A DNA stretch of 64,000 nt. Origin: an uncultured delta proteobacterium (GTDB taxonomy: Bacteria; Myxococcota_A; Polyangia; Polyangiales; Polyangiaceae). The number at the start of each line of letters is the position of its first letter. The first letter of the stretch is position 1. Below are positions 13,330 to 22,300 of this stretch, piece after piece. Made by a program: the position numbers and the translations under genes. The notes under the pieces are model-generated. The model had not been told where the DNA came from. It did no database searches and worked only from the letters and a program-made list of their open reading frames with translations. The stretch lies in the NCBI GenBank assembly GCA_963850305.1, contig CAWKKR010000008.1:736001-800000 (forward strand), written 5' to 3'.

Positions 13330-14715
13330 TCAGTCCCGCGTCTCGAGCTCGGCCTTGAAAGCCTGGAGAGTCTTCTTCGCATCGCCGAGCACGACCATCG
13401 TGTTCGGTAGATAGAAGAGCTCGTTGTCGAGACCCGAGAACCCCGTGTTCATGCTCCGCTTGAGCACGATGACCGTCTTCGCCTGCTCGACGTTGAACAC
13501 GGGCATGCCGTAGATGGGGCTGCCCTTGTTGGTCTTCGCAGCGGGATTCACGACGTCGTTCGCACCGACGACCAGCACGACGTCCGTCTGCGCAAAATCG
13601 TCGTTGATGTCGTCGAGGTCGAAGAGCTGGTCGTAGGGGACGTCGGCCTCGGCGAGGAGCACGTTCATGTGGCCAGGCATGCGGCCCGCGACCGGGTGGA
13701 TCGCGTAACGAACCGTCGCCCCGCGTTTCTCGAGTATCTGCCCGAGCTCCCGGACGGCGTGCTGCGCCTGGGAAACGGCGAGCCCGTAACCCGGCACGAC
13801 GATGACCGACTGCGCCGCCTCGAGCGCGGAGCTCGCGTCCTCGACCGTTCCCTGGTTGTACTGGGCCACGCGACCGTCCGGCGCGGCGGCGGCCACGGTC
13901 CCCTCGGTGCCGAACGCGCCGAAGAGCACGTTGGCGAACGACCGGTTCATCGCCTTGCTCATCATCATGGAGAGAATGAAGCCGCTCGTGCCGTCCAGGG
14001 CGCCGGCGATGATGAGCACGTTGTTGTGAATCGCGAACCCCGTCGCGGCCGACGAGAGCCCCGCGTACGAGTTGAGGAGCGAGATCACGACGGGCATGTC
14101 CGCGCCGCCGATCGGGACGACGGCCGTGACGCCGATGACCAGGCCCACTCCGCAGATCGTGTAGAAGACCCTCGCGAACTCGGGGTGCACGATGAACACG
14201 ATGAGTCCGACGAGGCTCCCGAGGAATGCCGCGATGTTCAGGGCGTTCAGACCGGGAAAGGTGATCGGCTTGCCGGTGATGAAGCCCTGGAGCTTCCCGA
14301 AGGCGAGCATGCTCCCCGTGAACGTCAGGAAACCGAAGAACGTCTCGAACCCGAGCGCCGTGCGGGTCACCATCTCGAGCGCGTGAGGGTCGTGCCGGAC
14401 GTACTCCGAGATGCCGACGAGGGCCGCCGCGAGACCGCCGAACGCGTGCGAGAGCGCGATCCGTTCCGGCATCTTCGTCATCGGGATCCACACCGACATC
14501 GCGATGCCGATGAGCGAGCCGATGATGGCGCCGGGGATGATCCACCTGAAGTCGACGATCTCCGTCTTGAAGAGAGTCCCGATGACGGCGATGGTCATGC
14601 CGAACACGCCGATGAGCACGCCCCTGCGCGCGAGCTTCGGCGAGCTCAGAAACTGGAGCGTCAGGATGAAGCAGACGGACGCGATGAGGTAAGACGGTCC
14701 GGAGAGCTCGTCCAT
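13330..14715 (-). CDS. pntB: NAD(P) transhydrogenase beta subunit
   Basis: Start ATG 14715 overlaps the upstream stop; IGGADMPVVISLLNSY, VPGYGLAVSQAQH, IHPVAGRMPGHMNVLLAEA, GANDVVNPA. Confidence 0.95.
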   Translation of the reverse strand: MDELSGPSYLIASVCFILTLQFLSSPKLARRGVLIGVFGMTIAVIGTLFKTEIVDFRWIIPGAIIGSLIGIAMSVWIPMTKMPERIALSHAFGGLAAALVGISEYVRHDPHALEMVTRTALGFETFFGFLTFTGSMLAFGKLQGFITGKPITFPGLNALNIAAFLGSLVGLIVFIVHPEFARVFYTICGVGLVIGVTAVVPIGGADMPVVISLLNSYAGLSSAATGFAIHNNVLIIAGALDGTSGFILSMMMSKAMNRSFANVLFGAFGTEGTVAAAAPDGRVAQYNQGTVEDASSALEAAQSVIVVPGYGLAVSQAQHAVRELGQILEKRGATVRYAIHPVAGRMPGHMNVLLAEADVPYDQLFDLDDINDDFAQTDVVLVVGANDVVNPAAKTNKGSPIYGMPVFNVEQAKTVIVLKRSMNTGFSGLDNELFYLPNTMVVLGDAKKTLQAFKAELETRD

Positions 14716-15008
14716 CAGCGGCCTCCGCTCTTCTTCTTGAACATGCGGAGCATGCGATCCGTGATGAGGAATCCGCCGACCGCGTTGATGGTCGCGCACA
14801 CGACTGCAACGAAGCCGAGAATGGTGCTCGTGTGAGTGAAGTCTCCGCCGGCGGCGACGAGCGACCCGACGAGCGAGATCCCGGCGATGGCGTTCGTGCC
14901 GGCCATCAGCGGCGTGTGGAGCAAGTGCGGGACCTTGCTGATCACGTGGTGACCGAGGAACCCAGCGAGGACGAGGATGTAGAGCGAGAAGAGAAGATCG
15001 TGCGACAT
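14715..15008 (-). CDS. pntAB: NAD(P) transhydrogenase alpha subunit part 2 (membrane domain)
   Basis: LHTPLMAGTNAIAGI and INAVGGFLITDRML; GGAG-type RBS; coupled to pntB. Confidence 0.92.
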   Translation of the reverse strand: MSHDLLFSLYILVLAGFLGHHVISKVPHLLHTPLMAGTNAIAGISLVGSLVAAGGDFTHTSTILGFVAVVCATINAVGGFLITDRMLRMFKKKSGGR

Positions 15009-15248
15009 CGAGGACTCCTCTGGCGGAGCCGCGAAACGCCACGCCGTTCGACGGACGTGGTGCTCCCGCGGGCCCTTCGGGGGCCGGGAGCCTAGTACCA
15101 GTCGTTGCCGCGCTGCCCTATTTTTTTGGGTCCCACACGGGGTCGCGACGGGCTTTCCGCTGTCAACGCAAGTAGGCGGAGCGCCGCCCGGCTCCGGCTA
15201 CGGCGTGGCCGGACGGCGCGCGACGGCGCGCTCCACCGCGGAGGGCGT

Positions 15249-16679
15249 TCACCGGTGTCCGCCGCCGAAGTGACCGCCACCGCCACCGCCGAAGTGACCG
15301 CCACCGCCGCCGCCGAAGTGACCGCCACCGCCGCCGCCGAAGTGACCGCCGCCGCCACCGCCGAAGTGACCGCCACCGCCACCCGAGTGGAACGACGGGG
15401 CCGAATAGGAGTGATACGCGCCCCCGGAATAGGGGTGATACGCGGGCGCCGAATAGGAGTGATACGCGGGCGCCGAATAGGAGTGATACGCGCCGCCCGA
15501 ATACGGATGGTACACGCCACCCGAATACGAACGGTACGCAGGCGCTGAATACGAACGATACGCACCGCTCGAAAACGAGCGATACGCAGGCGCCGAATAC
15601 GAACGATACGCGGACGTCGAGTACGACCGCGGGGCTTCGATACTTCTAGGCGCGCCGACGGTTCGCGGCGTGGACGCGCGGTACGCGACGCCCGTCCGAG
15701 CGCCCGTGCCGACTCCACCGTGGAACGACGTGGCGACCATGCCGCTGCGCCCGAGGGGCACGCGAGCGACCGGATACGCCGCGCGCGGCACGCGAGCGAT
15801 CGCGAGCGGAGGGCCGCGGAACGCGAGCCCGGGCCTCCCGGCGAAGTAACGGTGCGTCGCGCCGCCGAGATACCGGATGTAGCCCGGGTTCCTCACCAGG
15901 TAGTGATACGGGAACGGTGAGAACAGATAAGCGCTCGGCAGGAACACCCAGTAGAATGGGGGCGGATACCAGACCGAGACGGCGTATCCGTCTTGCCAGA
16001 TGTAGTCCGGTGCGGCCGGCGCCCAGCCCACGTAGTCGTAGCTCGACGTCGGAACGCGCCACGTGACCCACGCGGGTGCGTAGCGGTCCCCGGGGATCCA
16101 CGACCAGCCGTAAGACGTCCACACCCAGCGCCCGTAGTGGAACACCACGTCGCCGAAGGCGAAGTCGCTCACCCAGACCCAGTCGTTGTTGGAGTCGAGC
16201 GCCCAGTGACCGTTCGTGACGTAGGGCGAGAAATTCTCACCGACGATGTTGCGATCGGGAACCCAGATGGTTCCGTACTTCGGATCGTTGACCCAGCTCC
16301 CGTACGGATCGAGCTGGGAGCGAAACTGATCGAGCGCGCGCGGGTCGGTGTCGGAGCCTTGCGTCGGATCCTCGGGCGGCGCCACCGCGGGGGGCTCCGC
16401 GGCGGAGGCGGGCTGCGTGGACGGCGGAATGCTCGGAGACGTCAGGACCGTCTCGCCGCCGGCATTCGGTGCCGTCGCGGGCGTTCCTTGCGGGGACCCC
16501 GAAGATCGGCTCCCTGCGTCGGCTTCGGCGCGGCAGGCGCGGCAGGCGGAGCGGGAGCAGCGGGCGGCGCGGCAGCGGCCGGACCCGCGGCCGCAACACC
16601 GGAAGCGGAAAGCACGAACATCATCGTCGCCGCGACGGCCCCCGCCGCGTGACGAGGTGAGCACACCAATCTCGACCAT
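15249..16679 (-). CDS. Secreted DUF6600-like Trp/Tyr-rich protein with low-complexity Tyr/Ser/His and Gly-rich tail
   Basis: LDPYGSWVNDPKYGTIWVP, PYVTNGHW, FHYGRWVW, APAWVTW; C-terminal (YxSYSAPA)n and (GGGGGGHF)5. The true start may lie slightly downstream. Confidence 0.7.
   Translation of the reverse strand: MVEIGVLTSSRGGGRRGDDDVRAFRFRCCGRGSGRCRAARCSRSACRACRAEADAGSRSSGSPQGTPATAPNAGGETVLTSPSIPPSTQPASAAEPPAVAPPEDPTQGSDTDPRALDQFRSQLDPYGSWVNDPKYGTIWVPDRNIVGENFSPYVTNGHWALDSNNDWVWVSDFAFGDVVFHYGRWVWTSYGWSWIPGDRYAPAWVTWRVPTSSYDYVGWAPAAPDYIWQDGYAVSVWYPPPFYWVFLPSAYLFSPFPYHYLVRNPGYIRYLGGATHRYFAGRPGLAFRGPPLAIARVPRAAYPVARVPLGRSGMVATSFHGGVGTGARTGVAYRASTPRTVGAPRSIEAPRSYSTSAYRSYSAPAYRSFSSGAYRSYSAPAYRSYSGGVYHPYSGGAYHSYSAPAYHSYSAPAYHPYSGGAYHSYSAPSFHSGGGGGHFGGGGGGHFGGGGGGHFGGGGGGHFGGGGGGHFGGGHR
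15255..15625 (-). repeat. Coding tandem repeats of 24-bp units (GGGGGGHF and YRSYSAPA)
   Basis: GCCGAAGTGACCGCCACCGCC-type units and GAATA(C/G)GA...ATACGC-type units are directly visible. Confidence 0.85.
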
Positions 16680-16846
16680 CCCATGCAGAGATCATGCAGC
16701 CTCGCGCGAGGCAACGCAACGGCCCGTGGAACGAGGGGAATGGCTGTCTCGATGATGCTTTCTTCAGAATCCGAGGATTCGAACGCGTGCACACTGATCA
16801 TGGGATGTCTCCGGTTGGGCGGCAGTGAGGTCTACGCTCACGGACG

Positions 16847-16961
16847 TTGCCCGCCCCCCGGGGCTTGCTTCGCAACCCCTCCCCCCGGTACTCGCTCCGC
16901 TCGCGTAGTTCCGCAGCTCTTTGATGCTTCAGGACGACGCTGCTCGTCGATGCGGAACTAC
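16847..16961. repeat. Single degenerate copy of the intergenic repeat family plus GTAG...CTAC hairpin
   Basis: GGCTTGCTTCGCAACC, CTCGCTCCGCTCGC and GTAGTTCCGCA...TGCGGAACTAC match 51541-51659. Confidence 0.85.
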
Positions 16962-17090
16962 GGTCCCTCCACGATCTCCGTTGACGCGATCCGGCGAGGA
17001 CCGCCGACGGGGGAGCGCTCGTCTGTCCGGTGTTCGTCTACCCTTCGCGAAAGGGGGCCTTGCCGACAGGCAGGGTTCGGGTAGCGACGG

Positions 17091-17513
17091 TCAGGGGTTG
17101 GGCCAACCTACCCAGTCTGCGCCGCCGGGACCATGCTCGCGCTTCCAGATGGGAACACGGGCCTTGATGCGGTCGATGAGGAGCCGACAGGCGCGGAACG
17201 CCTCGTCACGATGCTTCGCACTGGCCGCGCAGATGACCGCGACGTCCCCCACCGCCAGCCGGCCGATGCGGTGGAGCGCGGCCACCCGAACCCCCGGGAG
17301 CTCCTCGACGATCTCGGCGCCGATGCGGGCCATCTCTTTTTCGGCCATGGCAACATAGGCGTCGTACTCGAGGAGCATCACCGCGCGACCTTCGCTGTCG
17401 TCCCGGACCACGCCGACGAAGACGTCGATGCCGCCCGCGGCCGGGTGCGCGACCGCACCCACGCACTCGTCGACCGACAACGCCGATTCTCGGATCGAAA
17501 AGAGCGGGGTCAA
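17091..17513 (-). CDS. moaE: Molybdopterin synthase catalytic subunit MoaE
   Basis: TTG start overlaps the moaC stop; FVGVVRD, LEYDAY, HRIGRLAVGD, SAKHRDEAF, IKARVPIWKRE. Confidence 0.9.
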   Translation of the reverse strand: MTPLFSIRESALSVDECVGAVAHPAAGGIDVFVGVVRDDSEGRAVMLLEYDAYVAMAEKEMARIGAEIVEELPGVRVAALHRIGRLAVGDVAVICAASAKHRDEAFRACRLLIDRIKARVPIWKREHGPGGADWVGWPNP

Positions 17514-18391
17514 CGCCGGAAATCTCCGGAGCGCCCGCCGGTCTTTTCGACGAGCCGCGTCGGACCGATCGTCATCGCGCGGTCGCTGGACTTGAGCATG
17601 TCGTAGATCGTGAGTGCGGCGACGCTCGCGGCGACGAGCGCCTCCATCTCGACGCCCGTGCGGTCGACGGCCTCGACGGTCGCGACCACGCGGATGGACG
17701 CAGCAGTCGCGTCGAGCGTGAACTCGACGCTCGCGTTCGAGAGCGCGACCGAATGGCAGAGCGGGATCAGCTCGGGCGTCCGCTTCGACGCCATGATACC
17801 GGCAAGACGCGCGGCGCCGAGGACGTCCCCTTTCGCGACGTCGGCGGACCGGAGCTTGTCGAACGCGGCGCGAGTCATGGTGACGACGCTCTCGCCGACG
17901 GCGCGCCGTCGCGTCGCGACTTTTTCTCCGACGTCCACCATGCGCGCGCCGCCCGCCGCGCCGAGATGCGTCGAGATGGCACGTGCGCCGACGATCTCGG
18001 CGTGAGCGGCCTCCACGCGGGCGAGCGAGCCGCGGCCCGCCTCGGCGAGTGCAAAGCGATCGAGTGGATGGAGCGACGCCCACACGCCGTCCGAGAGCGC
18101 GAGCGCCGGAGTCAGCTTTTCCGCGACGACCGCGGGGACGCGATCCGCCGGCGGCTCGGTGCCGCGCGGGACCGTCGCGACTCCGGCCACGACCGCCCTG
18201 ACCGCCTCGCGAACCCCGTCCCCGTCGACGTCGCGCGCCGCGCCGAGCTCCACCACCTTCTCTCGCACGGGCACCGGTAGCGCCGTCCACACCTCGTCCG
18301 AGAGCCGCAATCCCGCCCGGTCGAAGGCGCGCCGCGCCGCGACGGGCGCAGGCTGGAGGCGCTCGTCTGTCCCGTCGAAGCGGTAGATCAC
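17510..18391 (-). CDS. moaC: Cyclic pyranopterin monophosphate synthase MoaC with ~140-aa N-terminal extra domain
   Basis: STHL...ARMVDVGEK, KGDVL, IPLCHSV, TGVEMEAL, LTIYDMLKS; N-terminal extension from GTG 18391. Confidence 0.9.
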   Translation of the reverse strand: MIYRFDGTDERLQPAPVAARRAFDRAGLRLSDEVWTALPVPVREKVVELGAARDVDGDGVREAVRAVVAGVATVPRGTEPPADRVPAVVAEKLTPALALSDGVWASLHPLDRFALAEAGRGSLARVEAAHAEIVGARAISTHLGAAGGARMVDVGEKVATRRRAVGESVVTMTRAAFDKLRSADVAKGDVLGAARLAGIMASKRTPELIPLCHSVALSNASVEFTLDATAASIRVVATVEAVDRTGVEMEALVAASVAALTIYDMLKSSDRAMTIGPTRLVEKTGGRSGDFRR

Positions 18392-18511
18392 CCGCGCATT
18401 GTACGGGAAACCAGGGCGGCGTGGTTCTTCACGAAACCGGGCGTGCACTGCAACGCGTCCGGTTCGGTGCTACTTCCGGGCGCGTTGTCCTCGCCGAGCT
18501 CACCCTTGCCG

Positions 18512-19517
18512 ATGGTGCGTCCCCTCGATCGTCTGGGCCGCGCACTCGAAGATCTACGGATCTCGGTGACGGACCGGTGCAACTTTCGCTGCCCTTATTG
18601 CATGCCGCGGGCCGCGTTCGGCGACGGCCATCGGTTCCTCTCGAACCCGGAGCTATTGACCATCCACGAGATCGCCCGTGTCGCCCGCGTGTTCGCCGGG
18701 CTCGGCGTCCGCAAGCTCCGGCTGACCGGGGGCGAGCCGCTGCTTCGCGCGGATTTGCCGGACCTCGTCGAGCTCCTCGCGACGATCCCGGACTGTGACC
18801 TTGCCTTGACGACGAACGGCGCGCTGCTCGAGCGGCGCGCCGCCGAGCTCGCGCGCGCGGGCCTCCGCCGCGTCACGGTGAGTCTGGACTCCCTCGACGC
18901 GCACGTCTTTCGAACCATGAGCGACTCGGACGTCCCGGTGACCGATGTCCTACGCGGCATCGACGCGGCGCTGGCCGCGGGCCTGGCGCCCGTGAAACTC
19001 AACGCCGTCGTCCGCCGCGGCGTGAACGACGCGACCGTCGTCGAGCTCGCCCGGCGCTTCCGCGGCACCGGCGTCGTGGTCCGCTTCATCGAGTACATGG
19101 ACGTCGGCACGACCAACCACTGGAGCGAACGAGACGTGGTTTCCGGCAAAGGAGATCGTCGACCGGATCGACGCGACCCTGCCGCTCGAACCCGTCGAAC
19201 CGAGCTACGCCGGAGAGGTCGCGCGCCGGTACCGATACCGCGACGGCGGCGGGGAAATCGGCATCGTGGCATCCGTCACCCAGCCGTTCTGCGGCGCTTG
19301 CACCCGCGCGCGTCTCTCCGCCGACGGCCGCCTCTACACGTGCCTCTTCGCGACGCGCGGAGTGGACCTTCGGCACCTGCTCCGGGACTCCGGGGACGAC
19401 GGCGTCGTGGAGCGCGCAATCCACCAGGCCTGGCGCGAGCGCGAAGACCGCTACTCCGAACTCCGCACCGAGCTGGCGACCGCGCCGAAGATCGAGATGA
19501 GCTACATCGGGGGATGA
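18512..19517 (+). CDS. moaA: GTP 3',8-cyclase MoaA (apparent +1 frameshift near 19140)
   Basis: LRISVTDRCNFRCPYCM, RLTGGEPLLR, RFIEYMDVG; after the shift, FCGACTRARLSADG and terminal MSYIGG. Confidence 0.9.
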
Positions 19518-19670
19518 GGGACGGCGCCGGCGGCCGACCCGTATCCGGGCTCGGATCTCGTGGCTCCGGTCTTCGGCACGCCGCCCGGGTGCGCGACTCC
19601 CGTCACCGCTCCCCGGTCGTGCGAAAATCCGCACTGGCGGGCGGTGGCGGTTCCGTTGGACAAAGGGCGG

Positions 19671-20675
19671 GTGGACGTCAACGCTCTCATCGATGCCATC
19701 GTGCGGCAAACCACGGTGCTCATCGCGCAGCTCGCGACGGCGACGGGCGGGCGCGCGCCGCTCGTCAACACCGCGAATCGGGTCTTCGTCGATCTGGTGC
19801 GGGAGCTCCGGGAGCAGGGCCTCGGTAACAAGGTGATCGCGGATATGTTCGGCCTCGCGCTCCGCACGTACCACGACCGGGTCCGGCGGCTGTCCGAGAG
19901 CACGACCTTTCGCGGGCGCTCGCTCTGGGAAGCGACGCTCGCGTACATCGAAGAGCGCGACGTGGTGCGGCAGGCGGAGGTGCTCGACAGCTTCCAAAAG
20001 GACGACGAGGCCAGCGTGCGCGGCGTGCTGGCGGATCTCGCCGATTCGGGGGTCGTGTTCCGGAGCGGGCGCGGGCCGGCCACGACGTATCGCGCGGCGC
20101 GTCCCGAAGAGCTAGCGGTCGCGAGTCACGGCGACGAGGGCGCGGCGGCGATGCACCTCGTGTGGGTGACCGTGAGCCGGCTCGGCGTCGCGACGGCTCA
20201 AACGATCGCGCAGACGGTCGCGCTGGACGACGCCGCGATCGCGACGGCGCTCGATCGACTCGTGCTCGAGGAACGCGTTGCCTGCGTGGAGCACGGGGGC
20301 GCACGCGAGTATCGAGCGGACCTCTGCGTCATCCCGTATGGCGCCGAGCACGGCTGGGAAGCCGCCGTGTTCGATCATTATCAGGCCGTCGTGACCGCCC
20401 TGTGCACGAAGCTCCGGATGGACTCGGTGTCCGCGGCGCCGGCAGATCGCGTCGGCGGCAGCACCTACGGCTTCAAGGTGTGGGAGGGCCATCCGTACTT
20501 CGACGACGTGACGGGGCTCCTCGCGCGACTGCGGGTCGACGTGAATCGGCTCCGCGAGCAAGTGACGGCGTTCAACGCGGACCATCCGGAGCCCGCGCAG
20601 ACGATCCGCGTGGTGACGTATCTCGGGCAAACGGTGCTCGACTCGGACTCGAACGACGGAAAGGAACGAACATGA
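19671..20675 (+). CDS. Putative HTH/winged-helix transcriptional regulator of an uncharacterised family
   Basis: IDAIVRQTTVLIAQLAT; HTH-like KVIADMFGLALRTYHDRVRRL; wHTH-like VRGVLADLADSGVVFRSG; stop overlaps the next ATG (ATGA). Confidence 0.6.
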   Translation: MDVNALIDAIVRQTTVLIAQLATATGGRAPLVNTANRVFVDLVRELREQGLGNKVIADMFGLALRTYHDRVRRLSESTTFRGRSLWEATLAYIEERDVVRQAEVLDSFQKDDEASVRGVLADLADSGVVFRSGRGPATTYRAARPEELAVASHGDEGAAAMHLVWVTVSRLGVATAQTIAQTVALDDAAIATALDRLVLEERVACVEHGGAREYRADLCVIPYGAEHGWEAAVFDHYQAVVTALCTKLRMDSVSAAPADRVGGSTYGFKVWEGHPYFDDVTGLLARLRVDVNRLREQVTAFNADHPEPAQTIRVVTYLGQTVLDSDSNDGKERT

Positions 20676-22183
20676 CCTGGCGTATCGGTCTGGCAGTGGC
20701 TCTGGCGGCGGCGCTCATCGGCTTCGTCGCGTGCGGGAAGAGCGACGGCGGGGGCGATAGCGAGACCCACTGGCTCAAGACGTGCGCCAGCGATCCGGAT
20801 TGCGGAGGAGACGGCACGTGCCTGTGCAACGTCTGCACGACCGCGTGCACCGTGGGCGGGGCTTGCACTGGGGGACCGCCCGGGAGCTCGTGCGTCGCCG
20901 GAGCGAGCGCGCCGGTTTGCGATGGAGTGACCCCGGTGCCATCGGGCATTTGTTGGTCCGTCGTGGAACAGAGCCGTTCTGACGGCGGAAACGCCAGGAT
21001 CCTTCGCTCGTCGCTCTCGCGCGCGACCCCCGACGACGAAGCGGGCGTGCTCGCCACGACGGTCGCCGCGAACACGACGTTTGCGTTCGACTTGTACCAG
21101 CAGCTCCGGACGACGCCGGGGAATCTCTTCTTCTCGCCGTTCAACATCTCCACGGCGATGGCCATGGCCTGGGCCGGCGCGACCGGACAGACGGCGACCG
21201 AGATCGCGAACGTCTTTCACTTCGCCTCGCCGGCGGTGGAGACGCACCGCGCCTTCAACGCGCTCGACCAATCGCTCGCGAGCGACGCTCCGCACCTCGC
21301 GCTGCACCAGGCGAACGCGGTGTGGACCGATCCGCAGTTTCCGCCGCTCGCGTCGTATCTCGACACGGTCGGGCAATATTACGGCGCGGGCGTCGGAGTC
21401 GTGAACTTCGAGGATCAGCAAAACGCGGCCGATACCATCGACGGCTGGGTATCGAGCGAGACGGAGGGCACCGTCCCGGAGCTGCTGTCCGCGTCGGACC
21501 TGCAGCCAGGGACGCAGCTCGTGCTGACGGCGGCGATTTACTTCGAGGGCTTCTGGGCGAGTCCGTTCGGCCCGAGCGGGACGTACGGCAGCCACTTCAC
21601 GCTCGCAGACGGCACGACCGTACCGGTGCAGATGATGGACCAGACGGAGACCCTCCGCTACGCGGCAACAGCGGACTACGCCGCCGCGAGCATCCCTTAC
21701 GAGACGGTCGGGCAACACCAGTACGAGATGCTCGTCGTGCTCCCGTCGGGAGACCTGGCGTCATTCGAGCCGTCGCTCGACGACTCGCGCTTGAATGCCA
21801 TCATCGCCAGCTTGTCGCCGCAGACTGTCGAGCTAGACGTGCCGCGCACCGACTTCAGGACGAAGCTCAATCTCAGGGACACGCTCAGCGCCATGGGGAT
21901 GCCTACGCCGTTCCTGGAAGGCGGCGGCTTCCTGGCAATGCTCAGCGATCCCGCGGACCTCCTCTACGACGTCGTTCACGACGGCTTTCTGTCGCTCGAT
22001 GAAACGGGGACCACGGCGTCGGGAGCCACCGCGGTCATCGTGGGCGAAGACGGGGGCATTTCGCTCGATCCGCCGCCGCCGCCGCCGTTGCTCGAGCTCG
22101 ATCGGCCGTTCCTCGTCGTGATCCGGGACACGCAGTCCGGGACGGTGCTCTTCCTGGGTCGCGTCGCTAATCCGACGGAGTGA
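20672..22183 (+). CDS. Lipoprotein: Cys-rich N-terminal module plus serpin domain
   Basis: Lipobox FVAC; SETHWLKTC...CLCNVCTTAC; serpin motifs FAFDLY, NLFFSPFNI, AIYFEGFW, VQMM, DETGTTASGATAV, LDRPFLVVIRD...LFLGRV. Confidence 0.88.
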   Translation: MTWRIGLAVALAAALIGFVACGKSDGGGDSETHWLKTCASDPDCGGDGTCLCNVCTTACTVGGACTGGPPGSSCVAGASAPVCDGVTPVPSGICWSVVEQSRSDGGNARILRSSLSRATPDDEAGVLATTVAANTTFAFDLYQQLRTTPGNLFFSPFNISTAMAMAWAGATGQTATEIANVFHFASPAVETHRAFNALDQSLASDAPHLALHQANAVWTDPQFPPLASYLDTVGQYYGAGVGVVNFEDQQNAADTIDGWVSSETEGTVPELLSASDLQPGTQLVLTAAIYFEGFWASPFGPSGTYGSHFTLADGTTVPVQMMDQTETLRYAATADYAAASIPYETVGQHQYEMLVVLPSGDLASFEPSLDDSRLNAIIASLSPQTVELDVPRTDFRTKLNLRDTLSAMGMPTPFLEGGGFLAMLSDPADLLYDVVHDGFLSLDETGTTASGATAVIVGEDGGISLDPPPPPPLLELDRPFLVVIRDTQSGTVLFLGRVANPTE

Positions 22184-22300
22184 GACGAGGAGTTGGACCG
22201 CTGTTTTTCCCGACTTCCAGGCGGGCGCGCGGCGGAAGGTCGCACCGTCCCTTGTGCACGCGCCCGCTCGCGAGGCAGCGACCTACGTCGCCTCCCACGC

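Noticed and set aside
15062..15094. GCTCCCG...CCCTTCGGGG...CGGGAGC hairpin followed by CTAG upstream of pntAB
   Set aside because: Could be a REP-like element or terminator, but it is a single copy with no U-tract or riboswitch signature.
16905..16961. Integron attC site
   Set aside because: The core order is GTT...AAC rather than RYYYAAC...GTTRRRY, and there is no integrase or cassette array.
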